From Raillietiella orientalis (taxonomy: Eukaryota), in assembly GCA_036172245.1 (NCBI GenBank), contig JAYWIR010000044.1:372001-436000 (forward strand): a stretch of DNA of 64,000 nt. The letters run 5' to 3'. Both the position numbers and the translations under genes were made by a program. Within the stretch, counting starts at the first letter, position 1. Every line of letters starts with the position of its first letter. Below, in pieces: positions 35,601 to 45,699 of the stretch. A model generated the notes under the pieces. The model did no database searches and was not told the DNA's origin. It saw only the letters and a list, made by a program, of their open reading frames with translations.

Positions 35601-38549
35601 TCTTTCAAGTAACAAGCAGGAAGAGAGGCTAATAAAAGAAAGAGGATGAGGCAAATCCCTTTCGCAGATTTTTTGCACCCTTTGCCAAAGTCATCCTTCT
35701 ACTTTCTGTTCTTGCTTTTGCGATACGAAGAGTTTGGGAACACAGTCCTAATTAATTTTTGTAGCTGGGAATAAAGAATGAGCCAAGAAGAAAAAAAATG
35801 AGTGTGGCGTTCGGAGTTTCATCTCTTCTCTTCGAGAGATGATTAATTTCCCAGAAGTTCCTGCATTCGGATGCATCAGATCCATAAATCAGCTGGTTGT
35901 GGCACCATACAAAAGAAGGGCAAAGGATAAATCGATCCCTCCGATTCTTAGCTGAGTCTTTCGCACATGATGACTCTTAATAGCGCGCCTCGTACGGTAG
36001 GGCCGGCGCAGCAGAGAGCGAACAAAGGTGTTGCTCGGGACCCGAGAATACTTCTCCGATTCCGAGCTGCCGAGAAAACGCTCCAATTTTCGCAGACTCC
36101 CTAATCCCCCGGAGGTGTTCCCCAAGAGCGCACAAGGTTCCCCCAGACCCGAAGAAAAGGTCAGGAAAGGACCCGAACTCGAGGACTGCTCTCTCGACCT
36201 GTGCCGCCTTGGGCGCAGCGGACCTCTTCTCCCAAGTCGTTCCGATTTGCGGCAGAAGCACGAGCCCCTCGATGGCTCGAGCGCCCTTCTTCGCGGTCCA
36301 GCATCCGCTCACCCCTACTTGGGGTTTTTCCCAAACTGCGTCGCGTGTTCGACGGCGCGTGAAGGCTCAAGAAATTCGCGCAGCGCCCGGATATAAGAGG
36401 AGAGAGGATTCGTTCGTATTCAAACGGTCATTTTCCTTCTTAGCTTCCCATCCCCAATGCCATTACGCAATGATGACAAGGGGCACGCACAAATAATGCA
36501 AATTCGGAAGGAGCAAGCTCTAAATAGATTCGCAAGGAAATACCACTGCCCTCAGCGGAGAGGCAGGATGTCGAATCGTGCAGCGATTACTCTTCGTCAC
36601 AGCAGCTTCGACTTTGCAGGCGGATACGTCCAGAGAAAAGTCTGCTGGCAAAGGCCGCGCGACCGCCACCTACCTCCTGGGTGTCACAGAGTGCACACGG
36701 CAAGACGGCCCTCGAGGAAATATCCACGAATGTGAATCGTACTCATGTATGTATCCAGATTCCATTATGAATGTCCATCGCAAATCAACCAAGCCTCTGT
36801 GCAACAAGAAGTGTTTACCTTACGAATCGCTGGCTCGCCCAGCGGTGGCAGCGTTCCCGAGGTCATAGCCATGCATCACGAGGACTCGTGACCGCATACA
36901 CGCAGGCGACGGCTAAGCACGTCCGTAACAAACACTCAGCAATCCCGAGTTTGCCCCAGTCAGCTGTCCTGTCTTTGGGATTCTATGGACGGCGTCCATG
37001 CATCAGATTTTAATCAGTTCTTCGGGACTGATAACATTGGCAGAGTCTGTAACCGACTCGTTGATGTGCTTTCCAGCTACGCCCGCTTTCAAATCTTGCA
37101 TCCCTTCGCACAGTTGGAGTTTCCTTAGTGCAGTTGCTCGCAGATGCCTTCAGGCGAGCTTCTAGGATGCTGTACCGTTGCGGCTTCAAGTGTTTCCTAG
37201 GCTCCTTGCGGCTGCTAGGGATGCCGCAGATTTTCTCTGGCAACGAGCATCTCCCTAGAAATGGCAGATGGAGACTTCCCTGAAGCACCGTCGTCGATAC
37301 ACCCAAGTACGGATTGAGGGTAACCTCAGCTGAGTGAATTTCGAGAAGGCTACTTTGCGGATCGTCACGTCATCAATTGGAATCGGGGCGCTACTTTACC
37401 CGTCTTCACCAGACCGTTTCCGAGCCAGGAATCTTTCCTTAAAACGCAATCAGAGGGAGAAGGGGATGCATCTGAGGCAACCGATGGTACGAATCGCGGT
37501 GGCCGAGGATGCATTTTTTTTTCTTTTTTTTTTTTTTTTTTACAAAGAAAAGCTTGCCAGACGTGATGGATAGTTTGCTCTCTACCTGCACATCCCTGCA
37601 CAGAGCAAAGAATTGTTTGTTTCATTTACACTCCTTCAAGAGAATGGTTCCCTGTGCCTCCCCATGGAGCCACAAGGAGGCGGAACAGGCCAAGGAGATA
37701 GCAACCCCTCCCCACCCACACACACACGCACTCGCACACAAAAATCCTCTTTTTGTCCGCTTGTGCCTCCGTTTCTGAAACATCGTCTTGCTCACAGAAA
37801 TCTGAACGGAGCAGTGTCGAGATCTGATTTCTAATGGCACTCTAACAAAAGACAGCGCGCAAGAGTTCATCAGAGGCCACTCCGGAGCTCCGGAGTGAGG
37901 CCATTCAAGAATCCGCCAGGGGCATTCGAAGTCAACACAGCGATGAGACCCGGTCACTTGCCAATCGAACACATTGAAAACAGGGCTACAAATTTATTGG
38001 CCCGTTTATACTCTGCATCCTCCAGAAGATCATTCGAATTTTTCTAAGAGGCACATCCTGCAAAAAATGCAGCTGTTGCTCTATCTGCCGATAGAAAAAC
38101 AACGTTTCCCTCGAAGGCGATGCTGCTCCACGTGAGACTACAAATGCCTGACGAACCGATGCTTCCAACGAAGAAGAGTATTTTTCAACTTAGGTGCGAT
38201 GGCCACTTCTGACATCAAGGCTTCTTTCTACCTTCTAACAGATTTCAAAGCGAGCGTTCCCACTGACTAGCGGAAAGCACGATCGCCTTGTCCATTTATA
38301 GCTCCTTAATGCACTCACAAGAAACAGGACCTCGAGGCAGCCCAACACTTAGGTTCAAGTGCACCCACAGTGCACGATGCAGTTGGATGCGACCATACAT
38401 TCGCCAGGTCGGGCCCTCCGAGGTTCCAGGAATTCGAGAGCGAAACGCGCGTAAAAAGATGGTGCAAACTCACCGGAAGCATTCGTCGAAGAAGCCCTCG
38501 TCGGTATCGCCGACAACATCAACACATAGAAGAAGTGCTTGGGACACAT
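17575..38549 (-). CDS. Dpr/ZIG-8-like two-Ig-domain protein, 5 coding exons, 238 aa in the best model
   Basis: Joined product MCPKHFFYVLMLSAIPTRASSTNASDAKPATRGRHPEFSQKLSVQEGKFTHLGCLIPNRACSSVSWIRKNDNQIISVDGDVFIKDSRF...LQIKSTLLKDSGEYECQVTG...NVVVPRVKILAPSEMYIRAGSQLSITCEV...STLHISNVRHSNAGSYTCLP...LHVVDERPGAVGL*. All junctions are GT..AG with compatible phases 1,0,1,1. Confidence 0.75.
17785..18081 (-). CDS. Dpr-like gene, Ig2 exon
   Basis: tttcctctgcag-type acceptor, G|gtaggg donor, 297 nt; GSQLSITC..LVW..STLHI..AGSYTC..LHVV. Confidence 0.9.
19071..19232 (-). mobile_element. Hairpin-array SINE fragment (5' body)
   Basis: ctccttgattcctggagg...ccagtgccgcacccgaac...gtcatcttgaggagagaac matches the family. 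Confidence 0.6.
19621..19825 (-). CDS. Dpr-like gene, Ig1 second-half exon
   Basis: ttttccag acceptor with ctcac branch-like site, G|gtgatt donor, 205 nt; VSWIRK..DSRF..YSLQIK..DSGEYECQV is the Dpr Ig1 signature. Missed by the ORF track. Confidence 0.92.
21053..21958 (-). mobile_element. Hairpin-array SINE, full-length reference copy (~900 nt)
   Basis: On -: tRNA-like head (A-box-like ccttgtggttaag, B-box ggttcgaatac), about ten GGAGCGGA-CCC..GGG-TCCCTCC hairpins, 3' ggttctgaggcacacttagcgaacc + A tail, A-rich flanks. Confidence 0.9.
22100..23560 (-). mobile_element. L1/Tx1-type LINE 3' relic
   Basis: RLLGLAL (YLG-like), RFRLWNCRLGRPIGSRRLAAIRNLQGALRVP (FLW..I..L..GGL.VP-like). Confidence 0.4.
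23686..24812. mobile_element. Non-autonomous Mutator/foldback-like element with AT-rich inverted arms
   Basis: gatcttaagaataaatac (~23706) is the inverse of gtatttattcttaagatc (~24764-24781); aagattataaaaataaacatatgcttttat inverts ~24686-24719; right end ttcgggattttgatcggtcggggtttcg is shared with 5010-5040. Confidence 0.6.
25200..25514 (-). mobile_element. Hairpin-array SINE, internally deleted copy (head + 3' domain)
   Basis: tcaagaaccgttcgcc...tttaacactg joined near 25255 to actccttgattcctggaagg...ggattcgaacccgcg...ccgccaacgcg. Confidence 0.65.
25929..26041 (-). CDS. Dpr-like gene, Ig1 first-half exon
   Basis: ctaac branch site + ttgcag acceptor, TCC|gtgagt donor, 113 nt (phase 1 to 0); KLSVQEGKFTHLGCLI supplies the B-strand Cys. 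Confidence 0.8.
26495..26880 (-). mobile_element. Hairpin-array SINE, diverged 5'-truncated copy
   Basis: tgctgaagaaccgctcgcc, aatccaggaagg, ttcacgctt, ctctgaagagaacctc. Confidence 0.7.
26885..27320 (+). mobile_element. Hairpin-array SINE, diverged copy in opposite orientation
   Basis: ggcactagtggaagc, ttcctggattcata, gttaaagagctc, acggttcttcagcact. Confidence 0.7.
27950..30050 (-). mobile_element. Penelope-like element relic, near full ORF extent
   Basis: STEFRVLDWGLTSV (LS..E..VL.KGL.F), SEDKYGSGGTVLTWKNY (ADKG..V....Y), PQGLSKRN (YGLPK), GGYPEEQIQTAIK (NGYP..I), TLVFLG, RAVYFF (GIY); motifs are in the expected order. Confidence 0.6.
31462..32115 (-). mobile_element. Hairpin-array SINE, diverged near full-length copy
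   Basis: tttttggttcgccaagtgctgaagagc, gttcctctcacgcttgg, gtgccacacccgaa, gggattcaaaccc..cgccaacgc. Confidence 0.75.
32200..34400 (-). mobile_element. L1/Tx1 ORF2 relic (APE end + RT domains 0-5)
   Basis: CLDHPAFEV (SDH), TGKSP (KSPG), VVRLD..FPFLFLCL, TGTSSQG*AFSTTL (GVRQGCPLSP), HGYAKED (YADD). Confidence 0.6.
34540..35450 (-). mobile_element. Second APE-endonuclease relic, paralogous to 34020-34400
   Basis: 34551-34620 resembles 34021-34090; ORF 34669-35442 has an APE-like motif order (VCARET, ASGAIV, IIINYGT, IDMWK). Confidence 0.5.
36560..37330 (-). mobile_element. Penelope-like element 3' relic
   Basis: LHLPFLGRCS and NPKDRTADWGKLGIAECLLRTC (cf. KD....GVVY..C..C). Confidence 0.4.
38474..38549 (-). 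CDS. Dpr-like gene, probable signal-peptide exon
   Basis: aaaATG start, MCPKHFFYVLMLSAIPTRASSTNAS, G|gtgagt donor; phase 1 matches the next exon. Confidence 0.65.
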
Positions 38550-38699
38550 TTTTTTTTAGCGAGATTTTCACTTTCCGAAGCCCTTTTCACCGAACTGTCA
38601 CTTCAGGGAAAGCCAGCATTCCTTGTTCGAGGAAGAGTAGGGGCAAATTCCTGCTCTGAAGGGCTGCAGATGCGTTTTCACACTTCATAACTGCGGGGT

Positions 38700-39525
38700 T
38701 GGGGAATCAGAGAGCAGCTCCGGGAAGGTGATCGGAACCACTATTTCCGACGACCAGCTACTCCATCCGCACTTCCACACTCGTGACAGCATCCCGCCCG
38801 GCTGGCTGAGAGGTCACCCAGAAGGTCACAGGAGCGTGAGCGACCGTGGTTCCTTCTTCATCCCTAAACGAAAATCAGCATTAGCGACTAGCGTGCCTTC
38901 CGAGGTTTTTCGCGACACGCGCTGGGAGAGAAGAGGCGTTTCAGGAATTCCCGAAGATGGGAGCGATGCGGCTAGACGCTGGTCTCCTAGACGACGTTCT
39001 GGGGGCCGACCAAGACCAAATTTTCATTTTCACTTCAAGCATTCTTGGAGGCTGCGCTCATTTCTGTACCATTTCGTGCACGTCGCTCACCAAGCTGCTG
39101 ACCGTGCGAGCATCGCCCACAAGAAGCGGCGCGGGTCGAATGTGCAAGAGGTGTGCGAGGAGTTCTCGACGGCTCCGTCGCCGAGAGGTGTGGCCATCTG
39201 CTCGGGCTCGCCAGGAAAGCAGCTGGTTGGTGACCACCGACCAACCAGTCCCGGGAGATGACTAGTCCAGCTCCGAGCTGACCTAGTGCCGTAGGACGAG
39301 AATCGAGACAACGTACTCAAGCACGGCGAAGGAAAAGAACGGGACCAAATACGGGATAGAGCTTCTTCTGTTCGTCGAAAGAGCAGTACCGGCTTTTCGT
39401 GATCGCAGCCGTGGCTGTCCGCGAGGCGAAGAACGAAGCACTGCTCCTCCGCAAGCAAGCAGAAAGCGTGAAGGACAGGACGGCGTGTTCCCTGCGACGC
39501 AAATTGGATCACCAGCTAGGATTAA
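38700..39525 (+). mobile_element. L1-type RT relic (domains 4-7 + thumb)
   Basis: GADQDQIFIF (YADD-like), SAVGR (LS..GR), KLDHQLGL (GGLGL-like). Confidence 0.4.
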
Positions 39526-40199
39526 AAAAAAAAAAAAAAAAGAAACCCTCAGCATGCCTCCGGAAAGAGAGCAAGACGGTAAAGGAGCTGCAGGAAAATC
39601 GCCTTTTCTCCTGACGACAGTGAAAGAACGAGGGATGTGCAACTTTGGTCTCATCAGCAGTTCTCGGTCGTTTCTCTCTCCAGCTCCCTCCGGAGTAACT
39701 ATTAAGCGCGTGAAAGCTCAAAGAAACGCTTATTTCCACCTGGAAGGATTCGCGGTCTTAGAAAGCACTCCAACTTTTTCAAGTGAAGAAAACAGAGGAA
39801 AAAACTTTGACCAGAAAAACAAACAAATAAACCTGGAAAATAAAGAGGGACTTTTAAAACCAGGGATGGCTGTGTACGAAACCGCTGTGCTCCACGTCTC
39901 ATTGGAAGGAAAGATACAAACCCACAACTTGCACGGTACGCCACAAAGGGCCCCCAAAGCTGTTCGAAGATGAGCAAAGGGGGATGGGAACTGTGTGTGT
40001 GTGTGTTTTTTTTTAGTCTCCAGAGAGTCTCTGTGGATTCGTGGAAGACGAACGCATGCGGGGACCAAGTCACATGCTGCAGCAGGGACACCTGCCTGCC
40101 CGAGGAGCTTCAGCTCGACTAACAAGAATTCCGATCGTTCTAGAACCTTCGGTATTTCTCGAATCGAAAGGGAGGTGATCGACACGTCCGAGTTACATG

Positions 40200-41400
40200 G
40201 TTCTCCTGAAGGGTGGTAAAACTACGGCAGAGTAAGAAATCCCAAAGGAAAAGGCGATTCAGTGGCTGCAAGGAGTCGGAAGACTCCATAAATGGAGGTT
40301 CTTCCCCGGTGCCCACGTGTCCATTCTTGGCTCGCGCTCGTGACCTCTTCTGAAGGAGAGCCAGAATGCTCTTTCCCACGCGGAAGTAATGGCTGCTGTT
40401 TTCCTTCGAAGATGGAAACGGCGGGTAGCAGCAGCGCTTCAGGGACGGTGGGAGGAAGAACATCAGCAGGCGGAGGTGGTGACAAGAGCTCCATCCAAGC
40501 ACACGCGTCCAAGCGCGCATGTCTCACTCGGCTGCCGACCTGTCAGCATCGCCTAGGGTCGCCTCGCGGAGTTAGCTGCTTTCCTCGGCTCCCGAGAGTC
40601 CTGGGAAGTGCAAACGCACGCTGCATCCCGTCCTCGAGATTTATTTGGGAGCGAATTCTTGTTTGCGAGCGCGTCATAAGGCAGTCATTTCGGTACCCGG
40701 CGTGAAACGGCCGGATAAGTGTCCGGCGTTCTCTGGGACGCGTTCCTCCTTCCGTTCTCGCAGTACCGTTCCCTGACGATGAGCGACACTCTGTGACCGG
40801 ATATTGGGTCAACACGTAGGAGAAGGGGTTATCACCCGGGGCGTTTCTTTCGTAAAAGGAAACCAGGGAGGTCTCTATCGGCGGTGGCGTGACATGGGCA
40901 GCTGGTAAAGAAATACTTGCGGAGGAAGGAATGATTCGATGGTAGCATGCAAGAATTTTCTGCAGTGCACGTGCGGCTCCATGAGAGCGCAAAGACCTTC
41001 TATCCATGTGGAAGATGGGGCTTTCGGAACGATCTGATCTTGGTAAAGCAGCTGACGATTTTGCACGTTAAAATTCTTTTTCTTCTGTGAGCGCGGGCGC
41101 GGCTCGGGGGAGATTCTGAGGACTTCGACGTTGCGGAACAGGCCCGCTGGCTCTACAGCGGCCACTGGGGTCGTATCTCCTGAAGTCTGGGATCATGCGA
41201 GGCACAACGTTGCCATGAGAACCGCTGGGGTTTCGCAGGCAGTCTGAAAGCCGGAAGAGCATCTGCTTCGTCTCTTCGAGAAGCAGGACCAGCGTCCCAG
41301 CGTCCGGACGCGGAACCGCGAGGTCATGGGGGCTCGTCGAGGTGAGCGCCAGCGCAGGGCGACTAGAACCAAGATGGTAAGGCCCCCACCCTGATAGAGA
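40200..41400 (-). mobile_element. L1-type RT relic (domains 0-4)
   Basis: NAPGDN (KAPG.DG), MQRAF (Q.GF), DMRAWTRVLGW (D..KAFDRV.W), SHYFRVGKSI. Confidence 0.45.
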
Positions 41401-41464
41401 GCATCCTATTCTTTAGCTCCAGTCAAGAGTGCACGCGCCTTTTTCGACTCTCTTCATGTCATGC

Positions 41465-41960
41465 CACTAATTGCTCAAGAACCGTTCGCCTGGGGGTTCA
41501 CGAAGTCCTTTGAAACTGTCCACTCCACCCAGAGGTGTGTGCAACTTTTCAGGTTAGCGGTGTACCCAGGGAAGAGACCACCCTATGAATCTAGGCATTT
41601 TCCCACGCTTGGTGGGAGAACCCCGAAGGGAACCACTTGTTCTTTCCGGAGCAACCGCCTGGTTTGTGAAGCCGTTCCTCATTTCTTCCCCGGAGGGACC
41701 CGGAAAGGATTCTTGCTTCCTCCTCTTTCAAACTTCTCTGAAAAGCGCTTCCCGAAGGAAGCAGCGGGCTGTTTTTACACTCTGGAGAGGCAATCCTCCG
41801 AGTTGAGTATCAACCAGCTCCATGGTGCGACTCCATTTGCACAACCGGAGGGGAAACTCAAAGGAATTCCTGGAAGAATCTCAGGAGGTCAACTTCCAAT
41901 ACCGGCCCGTCAACGCGGGAATCCGGGAGTTTCCGGTTTCCACTAGTGCCGCCCTCCCTT
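41465..41960 (-). mobile_element. Hairpin-array SINE, diverged copy
   Basis: tcaagaaccgttcgcc, ccctatgaatc, cacgcttgg, attcctggaag, cactagtgccgc. Confidence 0.7.
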
Positions 41961-42866
41961 GGGGACCACATGGGCAGCAGCCTTACGGCTAGATGGAAGG
42001 TTACTGTGAAAATCACCGGAAGGAGAAGAGAACTGGGCGAGAACGGACCAGCTGATCGACGCTGCGACCCCGAGTGCTCGACCTCGTGAACTTTTGCGCT
42101 GGGGCTCACTACTGGGTATTCCGGAGGAAGTCCTTCAGTGGCGCTCAGTGCTCACGAACACCCGCACTCTTCCCTCAAAGTGGCAGGAGTTGTCACTGAT
42201 GCTGCTTCACTGGGGCTTCCCATGCAACGCCCGCCGGCATCACTAGACAGGATGTGTGTGGACCCGAACTGTGCAAGGTGTTGGGGGCAGGAATCCTTCC
42301 CCCACCTCCTAGTGGACTGTGCCGCCCTCAGACCATTTTGATGATGCTTTGTGGAGTCTCTTGGAATCCACGGCGGCAATCCCAGAGACGTTTTAGAGCG
42401 CCTCTTCCTAAGAGATGCCCTCAGCAGGCCGCATTCCCAGCAGCATCTTGCTGCCCACGCGGCGGGATCGTGGCTGCATGGAGCAACGCCAGAGGAGGCC
42501 AGGACGACAGGAACCCCATCTATTCTGCTGTTTTCCTCATGAGGAAAACAGCAGAATAGATGGGGTGATGATGGTCCCATCTGGGAGTCTTGAAACAGGA
42601 ACTTTTGGGCATCCTTACAAGGATGCAGAGAATACCCTCTAGCAAACAGTGATACCTTCCCGAACCCCTCCCTCCCTCATTTTTTGACTGTATGTTTCTT
42701 GTTTTATTTTTCTCCTTTTTGTTTGTCTCCCCTCCTGCTGTGCTGCCGAAGCGAATCTCTCGCTGGCCTGCGTGCCAGTTCCCAGCTGGTTCCTTCTCGT
42801 AGTCGTAAGTAACATGGCAGGATCAAATGTCCTGCCACAGACGTGTACGTTTATTTTATAAATAAA
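41960..42866 (+). mobile_element. L1/Tx1 3' fragment with complete 3' UTR and AATAAA
   Basis: LPSKWQELSLMLLHWGFPCNARRHH, CARCWGQESFPHLLVDC; gtgataccttccc, T-rich tract, terminal hairpin, aataaa at 42861. Confidence 0.8.
42513..42566. repeat. Perfect 54-bp palindrome, no spacer
   Basis: accccatctattctgctgttttcctca|tgaggaaaacagcagaatagatggggt. Confidence 0.97.
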
Positions 42867-42869
42867 CGC

Positions 42870-43035
42870 CCCAGAGTGACCGGGTGACAGCCAGTGCCCC
42901 ATCGAAGCCAACCAGCGTCATATTGAGGGAAAATCGAAACCCTGGAAGCACCCATTTCACGGCGTCAACCTTTCCGCTAGTGGGACTCGAACCCTCATCA
43001 CGCGTGGAGACCACGGCCACACGGCCGCCAACGCG
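42870..43035 (-). mobile_element. Hairpin-array SINE 5' head fragment
   Basis: On -: cgcgttggcggccgtgtggccgtgg...gggttcgagtccc; accagcgtcat on + matches the family. Confidence 0.55.
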
Positions 43036-44631
43036 TTCATTCCGGATTTTTCGAAGAAAAAACTCTGCCTTTCTAGGATGAGGAGATCAGCCCAGAGGAT
43101 ACGAAGTGTTGTCTTCCTTTTGATGCCTGGGGGCTCCAAGCGAAGGTTCGTCTTGTGGGCTTTCTCTCGTTGGCTACAGGAGACGCGGAATCCAAACTTC
43201 TATTACGGAGCCAGCAACGTCTGATCTCCAGGGGGGTGATGACGACGCGAGTTGCGACAGCGGATCCTTCCTGAAGATTTTCTTTTTCTTTTCCCACTGC
43301 ATCCGATGGGGTCCTTGAATGCAAGCCAGGAGAGGGAGCTCAGACGGGAGAGTCGGATACGGATGGCAGCTTCCTTCCGAAACTCTTTCAAAGGAGCGGG
43401 CAGGGGTGTCCACTCAAATGGATCCCCGGCGGGGCGCTTGCTTTCCGGGAAAAATCGCGTCTGGATCTCTCTTCTGAAGAAGAGTCCTTTGGAGATGCGG
43501 ATGTGGAAGAGGAGGCGTGTCGCGGCTGCTCTCAGGGCGCCCCGGGGCTTCCCGTTCCCTCGCCCAGAGCTCTGTGTAGCCCCTTGACCTTGGAGCACCT
43601 AAGCGCTCTCTTCGAGATGCTTCTCATTGGCTGCTTCGTTACCGCTGGAGTGAGGAAAGGATGGGAAGGACGTCTTCGTATAGAGGAAGACAAGGGATTC
43701 CCGTCTTTCTTGCTTCGGTTGCTGTGCCGACTGAACTCAAGCTCGGGTCGGGAGCTGCCGCTCCTGCTGTTTGTCCTCTCATCCATTGAACATGGGCCAC
43801 GCATTGATCACGTGCCTTTGGGAGGTGACAGCCCGAGATCCAGAAATCTTCTCACCTCACCGGCAGAACAGCAATACCGTTCCCGATCTTCTGGGTCGCA
43901 TTTGAAACGTCCCTGGTCTTGCGGCCTCATCCACAGGGCCATCAATCGTAAAAGCACGCGGCTCCCGAAGCTGCCCAGATGGCTTCCGCTTCCAGACCGG
44001 TTCCGCTGAAGTGGATTCGCATCCTTCTGCCGGCCGCCTCTCGCGGTCCACTTGCGATGACACACGACCGGGCTCCGGAACGCCAGCACCGAGTGGATGT
44101 CCACGCGCGCCGAGTTTTTTCCCTTTTCGTGCGGCGGATGCCCACCACCTCGTACGAGCGTGGGAGGACGGACGCCCCACGAAAGGTTCACCCCTGGCGC
44201 GCGTGCAGCCAAGGAGGCAGCGCGAACTTTTTTCCTCAACTTTCCCTGAGCGCGACGACAGCGGGAGACGGCGCCCTCGCTCGAAGATGTGGACACGCAC
44301 AGGACACGACCGCGCTCTGCAGCGCACCACCGAGGAAGCACCTCCGGGCAAGTACGTGGGGCGGAAAGTCGGCGACGCGCGTCACAGCTTTACTCACAGT
44401 TAGCTTCCGGGCTCGCGATCTGCATCTTTGCAAAGCTCCCCTCCACTTCGTCACCGATTCTTACTATCAACACCTCGTTGTTGGGATGCGAGTACGCATC
44501 GCCTTTATCAGAAGCCGAGGAATTGTTCGAGCATGCGCAGAAGCGGTGCGAGGAGATGGCTCCCCGCAAAATATCAGGAAGTCATAACAGCATCTCCTCA
44601 ACCGCGTTGCGTTGATCCATTAGAGAGGAAA

Positions 44632-44688
44632 GAGGCGTTATAAAGAGTAGTCGTTGACTGTTTCAGCAACTACTCTTTATTACGCGTC
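44632..44688. other. ~26-bp stem hairpin
   Basis: gaggcgttataaagagtagtcgttga-ctgtt-tcagcaactactctttattacgcgtc. Confidence 0.75.
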
Positions 44689-45699
44689 CATGCGGCCGTG
44701 GGATTGAGCTTCGTGCGCTGGCTCGTGTGGCTGCTTATGTACCTCTCCTTTCGCAGCTGGCAGCGCAAACCGTCCCTGGGTCTTTCATCGCCTAAGGTTG
44801 CTTAAACCGAATAGGCAGGAAATTTTGCCACACAGCAGGGCAGCGGGAATCCACGGGCCTCTTTCTCTTCCTCGATCTCTGACCACCCCGCCTGCTGTTT
44901 GGGGTCAGCATCAGTGGTACGGGATCTTCACGTGGAGAGATTCTGAAATTCGGTGAACTGAGGTTGCCAGTCCGTGCACCAGCACACCGAGAAGCAAAGC
45001 ACGTAGTTCCTTTTCAGGAGCGTTCCAAGCTCTCCCCTCTTTTGCCTGCATTCCTCAAGCCATCGTTCACCCCCACGGTCGTACTACAAATCCACGTGCC
45101 GGCAGCCTGCATGCATTTCAGATGATGCTAGCGGCAGCAACTGCCCATTTTAATCAGAATCAGCAGAGTTTATGGACTTCATCTCCGTTATCCAATCGAT
45201 GCTCTGCTGATCCCTATAGCGTGCGTAAAGTGGAACTTCTTGCGTAGAAGAACGTGACGAGGGAACAAGCTCGTGGATGTGGTGGAATGAGAACGCCCAC
45301 GTGTACACAGAGAAGGAATGAAAGAACATATGCCAGGAATGCACAAAAGGAGTACTTTCTTTCCTCTCCTTATCCCCTAAAGAGACGAAAGGTCGTGGCT
45401 GGTGAATGGAAGGGCGCATGGAAATGTTTGTGGAAGCATTGGTTGCGTGGTTGCGGAAGACGGATTCAAAGGAAGCGGGACGCTGAAGAAAGAAGGTAGT
45501 CTCATCGCAATGCCGCAGCAGCTGCAACACAGCCTGTTATTCTGCCGTTTAAGGGTGGGCGACGAATCCAGCGCTTTCTCTTTACTCCTCTTGCTGGTTT
45601 GTTCTGCTGTTTTGTCTGGCTCAGCCAGCTCTATGAGTGATGGAAAAAAAATTCTCTGGAAATCTTTTCGAAAATAGCAATTAAAGTAAATCCAAACAG

